A DNA stretch of 64,000 bases from Eledone cirrhosa (GCA_964016885.1 OZ024754.1:25358001-25422000), one strand, 5' to 3'. Positions 13,631 to 30,906 are shown, numbered from the stretch's first letter. Numbers and translations: made by a program. Notes: a model not told the origin generated them from the sequence alone.

Positions 13631-14959
13631 GCTACTGTACGTCTGTATGCATATATGCATGTACGTATACATACATACTTACATTTAAGTAAGTGCCGTA
13701 CAAAGAGTGAGAAATGAAATTTCATTTCATTCTATTCCATTTTATCGTTTTCGAGGCGCCTGGCCGACTGAACTCACTCGATATGCAAATTAGGCTGCTC
13801 AGCCGTTAATTTTCATAAGGAAAGTATATACTTTCGAACGTTCAACCATCTGGCAGAAGGATATACGGTGCTGACGATAGCTAACAAGCTTGAAACTAGT
13901 ACACCGTTGCTGTGTCAGTGTGACCAAAAAGTTGACGTGGTTGCATTAACACCGTACGGCATAAATCAGGCTGTCCGTTTGTTTACAAAAGGACAAAGCG
14001 AGCATTATAATAAATGTTCGCTAATCTGATACGTACATATATATATGTGTGCCTTTATGTATATATATATATATATATATACATTCTACTGTACGTCTGT
14101 ATGCATATATGTATGTACGTATACATACATACTTACATTTAAGTAAGTGCCGTACAAAGAGTGAGAAATGAAATTTCATTTCATTCTATTCCAATTTATC
14201 GTTTTCAGTGCGCCTGACCGACTGAACTCACTCGATATGCAAATTAGGCTGCTCAGCCGTTAATTTTCATAAGGAAAGTATATACTTTCGAACGTTCAAC
14301 CATCTGGCAGAAGGGTATACGGTGCTGACGATAGCTAACAAGCTTGAAACTAGTACATCGTTCCTGTGTCAGTGTTGAACAAAAAGGCGACGTAGTTACC
14401 ATAACACCGTACCGCATAAATCAAGCTGTCCGTTTGTTTACAAAAGGACAAAGCGTGCATTATAATAAATGTTCGCTAATCTGATACGTACATATATATA
14501 TGTGTGCCTTTATGTATATATATATATATACATGCTACTGTACGTCTGTATGCATATATGTATGTACGTATACATACATACTTACATTTAAGTAAGTGCC
14601 AGACTAAGAGTGAGAAATTTCATTTCATTTCATTCTATTCTATTTTTATCGTTTTCAGTGCGCCTGACCGACTGAACTCACTCGATATGCAAATTAGGCT
14701 GCTCAGCCGTTAATTTTCATAAGGAAAGTATATACTTTCGAACGTTCAACCATCTGGCAGAAGGGTATACGGTGCTGACGATAGCTAACAAGCTTGAAAC
14801 TAGTACACCGTTGCTGTGTCAGTGTGACCAAAAAGTTGACGTGGTTGCATTAACACCGTACGGCATAAATCAGGCTGTCCGTTTGTTTACAAAAGGACAA
14901 AGCGAGCATTATAATAAATGTTCGCTAATCTGATACGTACATATATATATGTGTGCCTT

Positions 14960-14994
<35 letters not shown>

Positions 14995-15870
14995 TCTACT
15001 GTACGTCTGTATGCATATATGTATGTACGTATACATACATACTTACATTTAAGTAAGTGCCGTACAAAGAGTGAGAAATGAAATTTCATTTCATTCTATT
15101 CCAATTTATCGTTTTCAGTGCGCCTGACCGACTGAACTCACTCGATATGCAAATTAGGCTGCTCAGCCGTTAATTTTCATAAGGAAAGTATATACTTTCG
15201 AACGTTCAACCATCTGGCAGAAGGGTATACGGTGCTGACGATAGCTAACAAGCTTGCAACTAGTACATCGTTCCTGTGTCAGTGTTGAACAAAAAGGCGA
15301 CGTAGTTACCATAACACCGTACCGCATAAATCAAGCTGTCCGTTTGTTTACAAAAGGACAAAGCGTGCATTATAATAAATGTTCGCTAATCTGATACGTA
15401 CATATATATATGTGTGCCTTTATGTATATATATATATATACATGCTACTGTACGTCTGTATGCATATATGTATGTACGTATACATACATACTTACATTTA
15501 AGTAAGTGCCAGACTAAGAGTGAGAAATTTCATTTCATTTCATTCTATTCTATTTTTATCGTTTTCAGTGCGCCTGACCGACTGAACTCACTCGATATGC
15601 AAATTAGGCTGCTCAGCCGTTAATTTTCATAAGGAAAGTATATACTTTCGAACGTTCAACCATCTTGCAGAAGGTTATACGGTGCTGACGATAGCTAACA
15701 AGCTTGAAACTAGTACATCGTTCCTGTGTCAACGTTGAACAAAAAGGTGACGTGGTTACCTTAACACCGTACGATATAATACAGGCTGTCCGTTTGTTTG
15801 CAAACGGACAAAGCAAGCATTATAATAAATGTTTGCTAAACTGATATGTACATATATATATGTGTGCCTT

Positions 15871-15931
<61 letters not shown>

Positions 15932-16369
15932 GCTACTGTACGTCTGTATGCATATATGTATGTACGTATACACACATACTTACATTTAAGTAAGTGCCGT
16001 ACTAAGAGTGAGAAATGAATTTTCATTTCATTCTACTCCATTTTATCGTTTTTTGGTGCGCCTGGCCAACTGAACTCACTCGATATGCAAATTAGGCTGC
16101 TCAGTCGTTAATTTTCATAAGGAAAGTATATACTTTCGAACGTTCAACCATCTGGCAGAAGGGTATACGGTGCTGACGATAGCTAACAAGCTTGAAACTA
16201 GTACATCGTTCCTGTGTCAGTGTTGAACAAAAAGGTGACGCGGTTGCCTTAACACCGTACGGCATAAACCAGGCTGTCCGTTTGTTTACAAACGGACAAA
16301 GCGAGCATTATAATAAATGTGCGTTAAACTGATACGTAATATATATATGTGTGCCTGTATATATATATA

Positions 16370-16418
<49 letters not shown>

Positions 16419-16844
16419 GCTACTGTACGTCTATATGCATATATGTATGTACGTATACATACATACTTACATTTAAGTCAGTGCCAGACTAAGAGTGAGA
16501 AATTTCATTTCATTTCATCCTATTCCATTTTATCGTTTTCGGTACGCCTGGCCGATTAAACTCACTCGATATGCAAATTAGGCTGCTCAGCCGTTAATTT
16601 TCATAAGGAAAGTATATACTTTCGAACGTTCAACCATCTGGCAGAAGGTTATACGGTGCTGACGATAGCTAACAAGCTTGAAACTAGTACATCGTTCCTG
16701 TGTCAACGTTGAACAAAAAGGTGACGTGGTTGCCTTAACACCGTACGATATAATACAGGCTGTCCGTTTGCTTACAAACGGACAAAGCGAGCATTATAAT
16801 AAATGTTTGCTAAACTGATATGTACATATATATATGTGTGCATT

Positions 16845-16903
<59 letters not shown>

Positions 16904-17772
16904 TACTGTACATCTGTATGCATATATGTATGTACGTATACATACATACTTACATTTAAGTAAGTGAGTGAGAAATGAAATCTCATTTCATTCTATTCCA
17001 TTTTATCGTTTTCGAGGCGCCTGGCCGACTGAACTCACTCGATATGCAAACTAGGCTGCTCAGCCGTTAATTTTCATAAAGTATATACTTTTGAACGTTC
17101 AACCATCTGGCAGATGGGTATACGGTGCTGAGGATAGCTAACAAACTTGCAACTAGTACACCATTCCTGTGTCAGTGTTGAACAAAAAGTTGACGTGGTT
17201 GCCTTAACACCGTACGGCATAAATCAGGCTGTCCGTTTGTTTACAAAAGGACAAAGCGAGCATTATAATAAATTTTCGCTAATCTGATACATACATATAT
17301 ATATGTGTGCCTTTATGTATATATATATATACATGCTACTGTACGTCTGTATGCATATATGTATGTACGTATACATACATAATTACATTTAAGTAAGTGC
17401 CAGACTAAGAGTGAAAAATTTCATTTCATTTCATTGTATTCTATTTTATTGTTTTCAGTGCGCCTGACCGACTGAACTCACTCGATATGCAAATTAGGCT
17501 GCTCAGCCGTTAATTATCATAAGTTCGAACCTTCGAACGTTCAACCATCTGGCAGAAGGATATACGGTGCTGACGATAGTTAACAAGCTTGAAACTAGTA
17601 CATCGTTCCTGTGTCAGTATTGAACAAAAAGGTGACGTGGTTGCCTTAACACCGTACGGCATAAACCAGGCTGTCCGTTTGTTTACAAACTGACAAAGCG
17701 AGCATTATAATAAATGTTCGTTAAACTGATACATAATATATATATGTGTGCCTGTATATATATATGTGTGCC

Positions 17773-17846
<74 letters not shown>

Positions 17847-18407
17847 CTACTGCACGTCTATATGCATATATGTATGTACGTATACATACATACTTACATT
17901 TAAGTAAGTGCCGTACAAAGAGTGAGAAATGAAATTTCATTTTATTCTATTACATTTTATCGTTTTCCATGCGCCTGGGCGCCTGAACTCACTCGATATG
18001 CAAATTAGGCTGCTCAGCCGTTAATTTTCATGAGGAAAGTATATACTTTCGAACGTTCAACTATCTGGCAGAAGGGTATACGGTGCTGACGATAGCTAAC
18101 AAGCTTGAAACTAGTACATCGTTCCTGTGTCAGTGTTGAACAAAAAGGTGACGTGGTTACCTTAACACCGTACGGCATAAATCAAGCTGTCCGTTTGTTT
18201 ACAAACGGACACAGCGAGCATTATAATAAATGTTCGCTAAACTGATACTTACATATATATATATATGTGTCCCTGTATGTATATATACGTCTGTATGCAT
18301 ATATGTATGTACGTATACATACAAACTTACATTTAAGTAAGTGCCGTACAAAGAGTGAGAAATGAAACTTCATTTCATTCTACTCCATTTTATCGTTTTT
18401 GGTGCGC

Positions 18408-18453
<46 letters not shown>

Positions 18454-18741
18454 GCACACATATATATTACGTATCAGTTTAACGCTTTGTCCTTTTGTAA
18501 ACAAACGTACAGCCTGCTTTATGCCGTACGGTGTTAAGGCAACCACGTCAACTGACGATAGCTAACAAGCTTGAAACTAGTACATCGTTCCTGTGTCAGT
18601 GTTGAACAAAAAGGTGACGTGGTTACCTTAACACCGTACGGCATAAATCAAGCTGTCCGTCTGTTTACAAATGGACAAAGCGAGCATTATAATAAATGTT
18701 CGCTAAACTGATACTTACATATATATATATATGTGTCCCTG

Positions 18742-18786
<45 letters not shown>

Positions 18787-20116
18787 GCTACTGTACGTCT
18801 GTATGCATATATGCATGTACGTATACATACATACTTACATTTAAGTAAGTGCCGTACAAAGAGTGAGAAATGAAATTTCATTTCATTCTATTCCATTTTA
18901 TCGTTTTCGAGGCGCCTGGCCGACTGAACTCACTCGATATGCAAATTAGGCTGCTCAGCCGTTAATTTTCATAAGGAAAGTATATACTTTCGAACGTTCA
19001 ACCATCTGGCAGAAGGATATACGGTGCTGACGATAGCTAACAAGCTTGAAACTAGTACACCGTTGCTGTGTCAGTGTGACCAAAAAGTTGACGTGGTTGC
19101 ATTAACACCGTACGGCATAAATCAGGCTGTCCGTTTGTTTACAAAAGGACAAAGCGAGCATTATAATAAATGTTCGCTAATCTGATACGTACATATATAT
19201 ATGTGTGCCTTTATGTATATATATATATATATATATACATTCTACTGTACGTCTGTATGCATATATGTATGTACGTATACATACATACTTACATTTAAGT
19301 AAGTGCCGTACAAAGAGTGAGAAATGAAATTTCATTTCATTCTATTCCAATTTATCGTTTTCAGTGCGCCTGACCGACTGAACTCACTCGATATGCAAAT
19401 TAGGCTGCTCAGCCGTTAATTTTCATAAGGAAAGTATATACTTTCGAACGTTCAACCATCTGGCAGAAGGGTATACGGTGCTGACGATAGCTAACAAGCT
19501 TGAAACTAGTACATCGTTCCTGTGTCAGTGTTGAACAAAAAGGCGACGTAGTTACCATAACACCGTACCGCATAAATCAAGCTGTCCGTTTGTTTACAAA
19601 AGGACAAAGCGTGCATTATAATAAATGTTCGCTAATCTGATACGTACATATATATATGTGTGCCTTTATGTATATATATATATATACATGCTACTGTACG
19701 TCTGTATGCATATATGTATGTACGTATACATACATACTTACATTTAAGTAAGTGCCAGACTAAGAGTGAGAAATTTCATTTCATTTCATTCTATTCTATT
19801 TTTATCGTTTTCAGTGCGCCTGACCGACTGAACTCACTCGATATGCAAATTAGGCTGCTCAGCCGTTAATTTTCATAAGGAAAGTATATACTTTCGAACG
19901 TTCAACCATCTTGCAGAAGGTTATACGGTGCTGACGATAGCTAACAAGCTTGAAACTAGTACATCGTTCCTGTGTCAACGTTGAACAAAAAGGTGACGTG
20001 GTTACCTTAACACCGTACGATATAATACAGGCTGTCCGTTTGTTTGCAAACGGACAAAGCAAGCATTATAATAAATGTTTGCTAAACTGATATGTACATA
20101 TATATATGTGTGCCTT

Positions 20117-20177
<61 letters not shown>

Positions 20178-20615
20178 GCTACTGTACGTCTGTATGCATA
20201 TATGTATGTACGTATACACACATACTTACATTTAAGTAAGTGCCGTACTAAGAGTGAGAAATGAATTTTCATTTCATTCTACTCCATTTTATCGTTTTTT
20301 GGTGCGCCTGGCCAACTGAACTCACTCGATATGCAAATTAGGCTGCTCAGTCGTTAATTTTCATAAGGAAAGTATATACTTTCGAACGTTCAACCATCTG
20401 GCAGAAGGGTATACGGTGCTGACGATAGCTAACAAGCTTGAAACTAGTACATCGTTCCTGTGTCAGTGTTGAACAAAAAGGTGACGCGGTTGCCTTAACA
20501 CCGTACGGCATAAACCAGGCTGTCCGTTTGTTTACAAACGGACAAAGCGAGCATTATAATAAATGTGCGTTAAACTGATACGTAATATATATATGTGTGC
20601 CTGTATATATATATA

Positions 20616-20660
<45 letters not shown>

Positions 20661-21083
20661 GCTACTGTACGTCTATATGCATATATGTATGTACGTATAC
20701 ATACATACTTACATTTAAGTCAGTGCCAGACTAAGAGTGAGAAATTTCATTTCATTTCATCCTATTCCATTTTATCGTTTTCGGTACGCCTGGCCGATTA
20801 AACTCACTCGATATGCAAATTAGGCTGCTCAGCCGTTAATTTTCATAAGGAAAGTATATACTTTCGAACGTTCAACCATCTGGCAGAAGGTTATACGGTG
20901 CTGACGATAGCTAACAAGCTTGAAACTAGTACATCGTTCCTGTGTCAACGTTGAACAAAAAGGTGACGTGGTTGCCTTAACACCGTACGATATAATACAG
21001 GCTGTCCGTTTGCTTACAAACGGACAAAGCGAGCATTATAATAAATGTTTGCTAAACTGATATGTACATATATATATGTGTGC

Positions 21084-21141
<58 letters not shown>

Positions 21142-21548
21142 GCTACTGTACGTCTGTATGCATATATGTATGTACGTATACACACATACTTACATTTAAG
21201 TAAGTGCCGTACTAAGAGTGAGAAATGAATTTTCATTTCATTCTACTCCATTTTATCGTTTTTGGTGCGCCTGGCCAACTGAACTCACTCGATATGCAAA
21301 TTAGGCTGCTCAGTCGTTAATTTTCATAAGGAAAGTATATACTTTCGAACGTTCAACCATCTGGCAGAAGGGTATACGGTGCTGACGATAGCTAACAAGC
21401 TTGAAACTAGTACATCGTTCCTGTGTCAACGTTGAAAAAAAAGGTGTCGTGGTTGCCTTAACACCGTACGTTTATTTACAAACGGACAAAGCGAGCATTA
21501 TAATAAATGTTTGCTAAACTGATATGTACATATATATATGTGTGCATT

Positions 21549-21589
<41 letters not shown>

Positions 21590-22458
21590 TACTGTACGTC
21601 TGTATGCATATATGTATGTACGTATACATACATACTTACATTTAAGTAAGTGAGTGAGAAATGAAATCTCATTTCATTCTATTCCATTTTATCGTTTTCG
21701 AGGCGCCTGGCCGACTGAACTCACTCGATATGCAAACTAGGCTGCTCAGCCGTTAATTTTCATAAAGTATATACTTTTGAACGTTCAACCATCTGGCAGA
21801 TGGGTATACGGTGCTGAGGATAGCTAACAAACTTGCAACTAGTACACCATTCCTGTGTCAGTGTTGAACAAAAAGTTGACGTGGTTGCCTTAACACCGTA
21901 CGGCATAAATCAGGCTGTCCGTTTGTTTACAAAAGGACAAAGCGAGCATTATAATAAATTTTCGCTAATCTGATACATACATATATATATGTGTGCCTTT
22001 ATGTATATATATATATACATGCTACTGTACGTCTGTATGCATATATGTATGTACGTATACATACATAATTACATTTAAGTAAGTGCCAGACTAAGAGTGA
22101 AAAATTTCATTTCATTTCATTGTATTCTATTTTATTGTTTTCAGTGCGCCTGACCGACTGAACTCACTCGATATGCAAATTAGGCTGCTCAGCCGTTAAT
22201 TATCATAAGTTCGAACCTTCGAACGTTCAACCATCTGGCAGAAGGATATACGGTGCTGACGATAGTTAACAAGCTTGAAACTAGTACATCGTTCCTGTGT
22301 CAGTATTGAACAAAAAGGTGACGTGGTTGCCTTAACACCGTACGGCATAAACCAGGCTGTCCGTTTGTTTACAAACTGACAAAGCGAGCATTATAATAAA
22401 TGTTCGTTAAACTGATACATAATATATATATGTGTGCCTGTATATATATATGTGTGCC

Positions 22459-22538
<80 letters not shown>

Positions 22539-23099
22539 CTACTGCACGTCTATATGCATATATGTATGTACGTATACATACATACTTACATTTAAGTAAG
22601 TGCCGTACAAAGAGTGAGAAATGAAATTTCATTTTATTCTATTACATTTTATCGTTTTCCATGCGCCTGGGCGCCTGAACTCACTCGATATGCAAATTAG
22701 GCTGCTCAGCCGTTAATTTTCATGAGGAAAGTATATACTTTCGAACGTTCAACTATCTGGCAGAAGGGTATACGGTGCTGACGATAGCTAACAAGCTTGA
22801 AACTAGTACATCGTTCCTGTGTCAGTGTTGAACAAAAAGGTGACGTGGTTACCTTAACACCGTACGGCATAAATCAAGCTGTCCGTTTGTTTACAAACGG
22901 ACACAGCGAGCATTATAATAAATGTTCGCTAAACTGATACTTACATATATATATATATGTGTCCCTGTATGTATATATACGTCTGTATGCATATATGTAT
23001 GTACGTATACATACAAACTTACATTTAAGTAAGTGCCGTACAAAGAGTGAGAAATGAAACTTCATTTCATTCTACTCCATTTTATCGTTTTTGGTGCGC

Positions 23100-23143
<44 letters not shown>

Positions 23144-23431
23144 GCACACATATATATTACGTATCAGTTTAACGCTTTGTCCTTTTGTAAACAAACGTAC
23201 AGCCTGCTTTATGCCGTACGGTGTTAAGGCAACCACGTCAACTGACGATAGCTAACAAGCTTGAAACTAGTACATCGTTCCTGTGTCAGTGTTGAACAAA
23301 AAGGTGACGTGGTTACCTTAACACCGTACGGCATAAATCAAGCTGTCCGTCTGTTTACAAATGGACAAAGCGAGCATTATAATAAATGTTCGCTAAACTG
23401 ATACTTACATATATATATATATGTGTCCCTG

Positions 23432-23478
<47 letters not shown>

Positions 23479-24808
23479 GCTACTGTACGTCTGTATGCAT
23501 ATATGCATGTACGTATACATACATACTTACATTTAAGTAAGTGCCGTACAAAGAGTGAGAAATGAAATTTCATTTCATTCTATTCCATTTTATCGTTTTC
23601 GAGGCGCCTGGCCGACTGAACTCACTCGATATGCAAATTAGGCTGCTCAGCCGTTAATTTTCATAAGGAAAGTATATACTTTCGAACGTTCAACCATCTG
23701 GCAGAAGGATATACGGTGCTGACGATAGCTAACAAGCTTGAAACTAGTACACCGTTGCTGTGTCAGTGTGACCAAAAAGTTGACGTGGTTGCATTAACAC
23801 CGTACGGCATAAATCAGGCTGTCCGTTTGTTTACAAAAGGACAAAGCGAGCATTATAATAAATGTTCGCTAATCTGATACGTACATATATATATGTGTGC
23901 CTTTATGTATATATATATATATATATATACATTCTACTGTACGTCTGTATGCATATATGTATGTACGTATACATACATACTTACATTTAAGTAAGTGCCG
24001 TACAAAGAGTGAGAAATGAAATTTCATTTCATTCTATTCCAATTTATCGTTTTCAGTGCGCCTGACCGACTGAACTCACTCGATATGCAAATTAGGCTGC
24101 TCAGCCGTTAATTTTCATAAGGAAAGTATATACTTTCGAACGTTCAACCATCTGGCAGAAGGGTATACGGTGCTGACGATAGCTAACAAGCTTGAAACTA
24201 GTACATCGTTCCTGTGTCAGTGTTGAACAAAAAGGCGACGTAGTTACCATAACACCGTACCGCATAAATCAAGCTGTCCGTTTGTTTACAAAAGGACAAA
24301 GCGTGCATTATAATAAATGTTCGCTAATCTGATACGTACATATATATATGTGTGCCTTTATGTATATATATATATATACATGCTACTGTACGTCTGTATG
24401 CATATATGTATGTACGTATACATACATACTTACATTTAAGTAAGTGCCAGACTAAGAGTGAGAAATTTCATTTCATTTCATTCTATTCTATTTTTATCGT
24501 TTTCAGTGCGCCTGACCGACTGAACTCACTCGATATGCAAATTAGGCTGCTCAGCCGTTAATTTTCATAAGGAAAGTATATACTTTCGAACGTTCAACCA
24601 TCTTGCAGAAGGTTATACGGTGCTGACGATAGCTAACAAGCTTGAAACTAGTACATCGTTCCTGTGTCAACGTTGAACAAAAAGGTGACGTGGTTACCTT
24701 AACACCGTACGATATAATACAGGCTGTCCGTTTGTTTGCAAACGGACAAAGCAAGCATTATAATAAATGTTTGCTAAACTGATATGTACATATATATATG
24801 TGTGCCTT

Positions 24809-24865
<57 letters not shown>

Positions 24866-25303
24866 GCTACTGTACGTCTGTATGCATATATGTATGTACG
24901 TATACACACATACTTACATTTAAGTAAGTGCCGTACTAAGAGTGAGAAATGAATTTTCATTTCATTCTACTCCATTTTATCGTTTTTTGGTGCGCCTGGC
25001 CAACTGAACTCACTCGATATGCAAATTAGGCTGCTCAGTCGTTAATTTTCATAAGGAAAGTATATACTTTCGAACGTTCAACCATCTGGCAGAAGGGTAT
25101 ACGGTGCTGACGATAGCTAACAAGCTTGAAACTAGTACATCGTTCCTGTGTCAGTGTTGAACAAAAAGGTGACGCGGTTGCCTTAACACCGTACGGCATA
25201 AACCAGGCTGTCCGTTTGTTTACAAACGGACAAAGCGAGCATTATAATAAATGTGCGTTAAACTGATACGTAATATATATATGTGTGCCTGTATATATAT
25301 ATA

Positions 25304-25348
<45 letters not shown>

Positions 25349-25771
25349 GCTACTGTACGTCTATATGCATATATGTATGTACGTATACATACATACTTAC
25401 ATTTAAGTCAGTGCCAGACTAAGAGTGAGAAATTTCATTTCATTTCATCCTATTCCATTTTATCGTTTTCGGTACGCCTGGCCGATTAAACTCACTCGAT
25501 ATGCAAATTAGGCTGCTCAGCCGTTAATTTTCATAAGGAAAGTATATACTTTCGAACGTTCAACCATCTGGCAGAAGGTTATACGGTGCTGACGATAGCT
25601 AACAAGCTTGAAACTAGTACATCGTTCCTGTGTCAACGTTGAACAAAAAGGTGACGTGGTTGCCTTAACACCGTACGATATAATACAGGCTGTCCGTTTG
25701 CTTACAAACGGACAAAGCGAGCATTATAATAAATGTTTGCTAAACTGATATGTACATATATATATGTGTGC

Positions 25772-25817
<46 letters not shown>

Positions 25818-26224
25818 GCTACTGTACGTCTGTATGCATATATGTATGTACGTATACACACATACTTACATTTAAGTAAGTGCCGTACTAAGAGTGAGAA
25901 ATGAATTTTCATTTCATTCTACTCCATTTTATCGTTTTTGGTGCGCCTGGCCAACTGAACTCACTCGATATGCAAATTAGGCTGCTCAGTCGTTAATTTT
26001 CATAAGGAAAGTATATACTTTCGAACGTTCAACCATCTGGCAGAAGGGTATACGGTGCTGACGATAGCTAACAAGCTTGAAACTAGTACATCGTTCCTGT
26101 GTCAACGTTGAAAAAAAAGGTGTCGTGGTTGCCTTAACACCGTACGTTTATTTACAAACGGACAAAGCGAGCATTATAATAAATGTTTGCTAAACTGATA
26201 TGTACATATATATATGTGTGCATT

Positions 26225-26265
<41 letters not shown>

Positions 26266-27134
26266 TACTGTACGTCTGTATGCATATATGTATGTACGTA
26301 TACATACATACTTACATTTAAGTAAGTGAGTGAGAAATGAAATCTCATTTCATTCTATTCCATTTTATCGTTTTCGAGGCGCCTGGCCGACTGAACTCAC
26401 TCGATATGCAAACTAGGCTGCTCAGCCGTTAATTTTCATAAAGTATATACTTTTGAACGTTCAACCATCTGGCAGATGGGTATACGGTGCTGAGGATAGC
26501 TAACAAACTTGCAACTAGTACACCATTCCTGTGTCAGTGTTGAACAAAAAGTTGACGTGGTTGCCTTAACACCGTACGGCATAAATCAGGCTGTCCGTTT
26601 GTTTACAAAAGGACAAAGCGAGCATTATAATAAATTTTCGCTAATCTGATACATACATATATATATGTGTGCCTTTATGTATATATATATATACATGCTA
26701 CTGTACGTCTGTATGCATATATGTATGTACGTATACATACATAATTACATTTAAGTAAGTGCCAGACTAAGAGTGAAAAATTTCATTTCATTTCATTGTA
26801 TTCTATTTTATTGTTTTCAGTGCGCCTGACCGACTGAACTCACTCGATATGCAAATTAGGCTGCTCAGCCGTTAATTATCATAAGTTCGAACCTTCGAAC
26901 GTTCAACCATCTGGCAGAAGGGTATACGGTGCTGACGATAGTTAACAAGCTTGAAACTAGTACATCGTTCCTGTGTCAGTATTGAACAAAAAGGTGACGT
27001 GGTTGCCTTAACACCGTACGGCATAAACCAGGCTGTCCGTTTGTTTACAAACTGACAAAGCGAGCATTATAATAAATGTTCGTTAAACTGATACATAATA
27101 TATATATGTGTGCCTGTATATATATATGTGTGCC

Positions 27135-27200
<66 letters not shown>

Positions 27201-27761
27201 CTACTGCACGTCTATATGCATATATGTATGTACGTATACATACATACTTACATTTAAGTAAGTGCCGTACAAAGAGTGAGAAATGAAATTTCATTTTATT
27301 CTATTACATTTTATCGTTTTCCATGCGCCTGGGCGCCTGAACTCACTCGATATGCAAATTAGGCTGCTCAGCCGTTAATTTTCATGAGGAAAGTATATAC
27401 TTTCGAACGTTCAACTATCTGGCAGAAGGGTATACGGTGCTGACGATAGCTAACAAGCTTGAAACTAGTACATCGTTCCTGTGTCAGTGTTGAACAAAAA
27501 GGTGACGTGGTTACCTTAACACCGTACGGCATAAATCAAGCTGTCCGTTTGTTTACAAACGGACACAGCGAGCATTATAATAAATGTTCGCTAAACTGAT
27601 ACTTACATATATATATATATGTGTCCCTGTATGTATATATACGTCTGTATGCATATATGTATGTACGTATACATACAAACTTACATTTAAGTAAGTGCCG
27701 TACAAAGAGTGAGAAATGAAACTTCATTTCATTCTACTCCATTTTATCGTTTTTGGTGCGC

Positions 27762-27807
<46 letters not shown>

Positions 27808-28097
27808 GCACACATATATATATTACGTATCAGTTTAACGCTTTGTCCTTTTGTAAACAAACGTACAGCCTGCTTTATGCCGTACGGTGTTAAGGCAACC
27901 ACGTCAACTGACGATAGCTAACAAGCTTGAAACTAGTACATCGTTCCTGTGTCAGTGTTGAACAAAAAGGTGACGTGGTTACCTTAACACCGTACGGCAT
28001 AAATCAAGCTGTCCGTCTGTTTACAAATGGACAAAGCGAGCATTATAATAAATGTTCGCTAAACTGATACTTACATATATATATATATGTGTCCCTG

Positions 28098-28136
<39 letters not shown>

Positions 28137-28574
28137 GCTACTGTACGTCTGTATGCATATATGCATGTACGTATACATACATACTTACATTTAAGTAAGT
28201 GCCGTACAAAGAGTGAGAAATGAAATTTCATTTCATTCTATTCCATTTTATCGTTTTCGAGGCGCCTGGCCGACTGAACTCACTCGATATGCAAATTAGG
28301 CTGCTCAGCCGTTAATTATCATAAGTTCGAACCTTCGAACGTTCAACCATCTGGCAGAAGGATATACGGTGCTGACGATAGTTAACAAGCTTGAAACTAG
28401 TACATCGTTCCTGTGTCAGTATTGAACAAAAAGGTGACGTGGTTGCCTTAACACCGTACGGCATAAACCAGGCTGTCCGTTTGTTTACAAACTGACAAAG
28501 CGAGCATTATAATAAATGTTCGTTAAACTGATACATAATATATATATGTGTGCCTGTATATATATATGTGTGCC

Positions 28575-28650
<76 letters not shown>

Positions 28651-29213
28651 CTACTGCACGTCTATATGCATATATGTATGTACGTATACATACATACTTA
28701 CATTTAAGTAAGTGCCGTACAAAGAGTGAGAAATGAAATTTCATTTTATTCTATTACATTTTATCGTTTTCCATGCGCCTGGGCGCCTGAACTCACTCGA
28801 TATGCAAATTAGGCTGCTCAGCCGTTAATTTTCATGAGGAAAGTATATACTTTCGAACGTTCAACTATCTGGCAGAAGGGTATACGGTGCTGACGATAGC
28901 TAACAAGCTTGAAACTAGTACATCGTTCCTGTGTCAGTGTTGAACAAAAAGGTGACGTGGTTACCTTAACACCGTACGGCATAAATCAAGCTGTCCGTTT
29001 GTTTACAAACGGACACAGCGAGCATTATAATAAATGTTCGCTAAACTGATACATACATATATATATATATATGTGTCCCTGTATGTATATATACGTCTGT
29101 ATGCATATATGTATGTACGTATACATACAAACTTACATTTAAGTAAGTGCCGTACAAAGAGTGAGAAATGAAACTTCATTTCATTCTACTCCATTTTATC
29201 GTTTTTGGTGCGC

Positions 29214-29255
<42 letters not shown>

Positions 29256-30906
29256 GCACACATATATATATTACGTATCAGTTTAACGCTTTGTCCTTTT
29301 GTAAACAAACGTACAGCCTGCTTTATGCCGTACGGTGTTAAGGCAACCACGTCAACTGACGATAGCTAACAAGCTTGAAACTAGTACATCGTTCCTGTGT
29401 CAGTGTTGAACAAAAAGGTGACGTGGTTACCTTAACACCGTACGGCATAAATCAATCTGTCCGTCTGTTTACAAATGGACAAAGCGAGCATTATAATAAA
29501 TGTTCGCTAAACTGATACTTACATATATATATATATGTGTCCCTGTATGTATATATATATATATATATATATACATGCTACTGTACGTCTGTATGCATAT
29601 ATGCATGTACGTATACATACATACTTACATTTAAGTAAGTGCCGTACAAAGAGTGAGAAATGAAATTTCATTTCATTCTATTCCATTTTATCGTTTTCGA
29701 GGCGCCTGGCCGACTGAACTCACTCGATATGCAAATTAGGCTGCTCAGCCGTTAATTTTCATAAGGAAAGTATATACTTTCGAACGTTCAACCATCTGGC
29801 AGAAGGGTATACGGTGCTGACGATAGCTAACAAGCTTGAAACTAGTACACCGTTGCTGTGTCAGTGTGACCAAAAAGTTGACGTGGTTGCATTAACACCG
29901 TACGGCATAAATCAGGCTGTCCGTTTGTTTACAAAAGGACAAAGCGAGCATTATAATAAATGTTCGCTAATCTGATACGTACATATATATATGTGTGCCT
30001 TTATGTATATATATATATATATATATACATTCTACTGTACGTCTGTATGCATATATGTATGTACGTATACATACATACTTACATTTAAGTAAGTGCCGTA
30101 CAAAGAGTGAGAAATGAAATTTCATTTCATTCTATTCCAATTTATCGTTTTCAGTGCGCCTGACCGACTGAACTCACTCGATATGCAAATTAGGCTGCTC
30201 AGCCGTTAATTTTCATAAGGAAAGTATATACTTTCGAACGTTCAACCATCTGGCAGAAGGGTATACGGTGCTGACGATAGCTAACAAGCTTGAAACTAGT
30301 ACATCGTTCCTGTGTCAGTGTTGAACAAAAAGGCGACGTAGTTACCATAACACCGTACCGCATAAATCAAGCTGTCCGTTTGTTTACAAAAGGACAAAGC
30401 GTGCATTATAATAAATGTTCGCTAATCTGATACGTACATATATATATGTGTGCCTTTATGTATATATATATATATACATGCTACTGTACGTCTGTATGCA
30501 TATATGTATGTACGTATACATACATACTTACATTTAAGTAAGTGCCAGACTAAGAGTGAGAAATTTCATTTCATTTCATTCTATTCTATTTTTATCGTTT
30601 TCAGTGCGCCTGACCGACTGAACTCACTCGATATGCAAATTAGGCTGCTCAGCCGTTAATTTTCATAAGGAAAGTATATACTTTCGAACGTTCAACCATC
30701 TTGCAGAAGGTTATACGGTGCTGACGATAGCTAACAAGCTTGAAACTAGTACATCGTTCCTGTGTCAACGTTGAACAAAAAGGTGACGTGGTTACCTTAA
30801 CACCGTACGATATAATACAGGCTGTCCGTTTGTTTGCAAACGGACAAAGCAAGCATTATAATAAATGTTTGCTAAACTGATATGTACATATATATATGTG
30901 TGCCTT

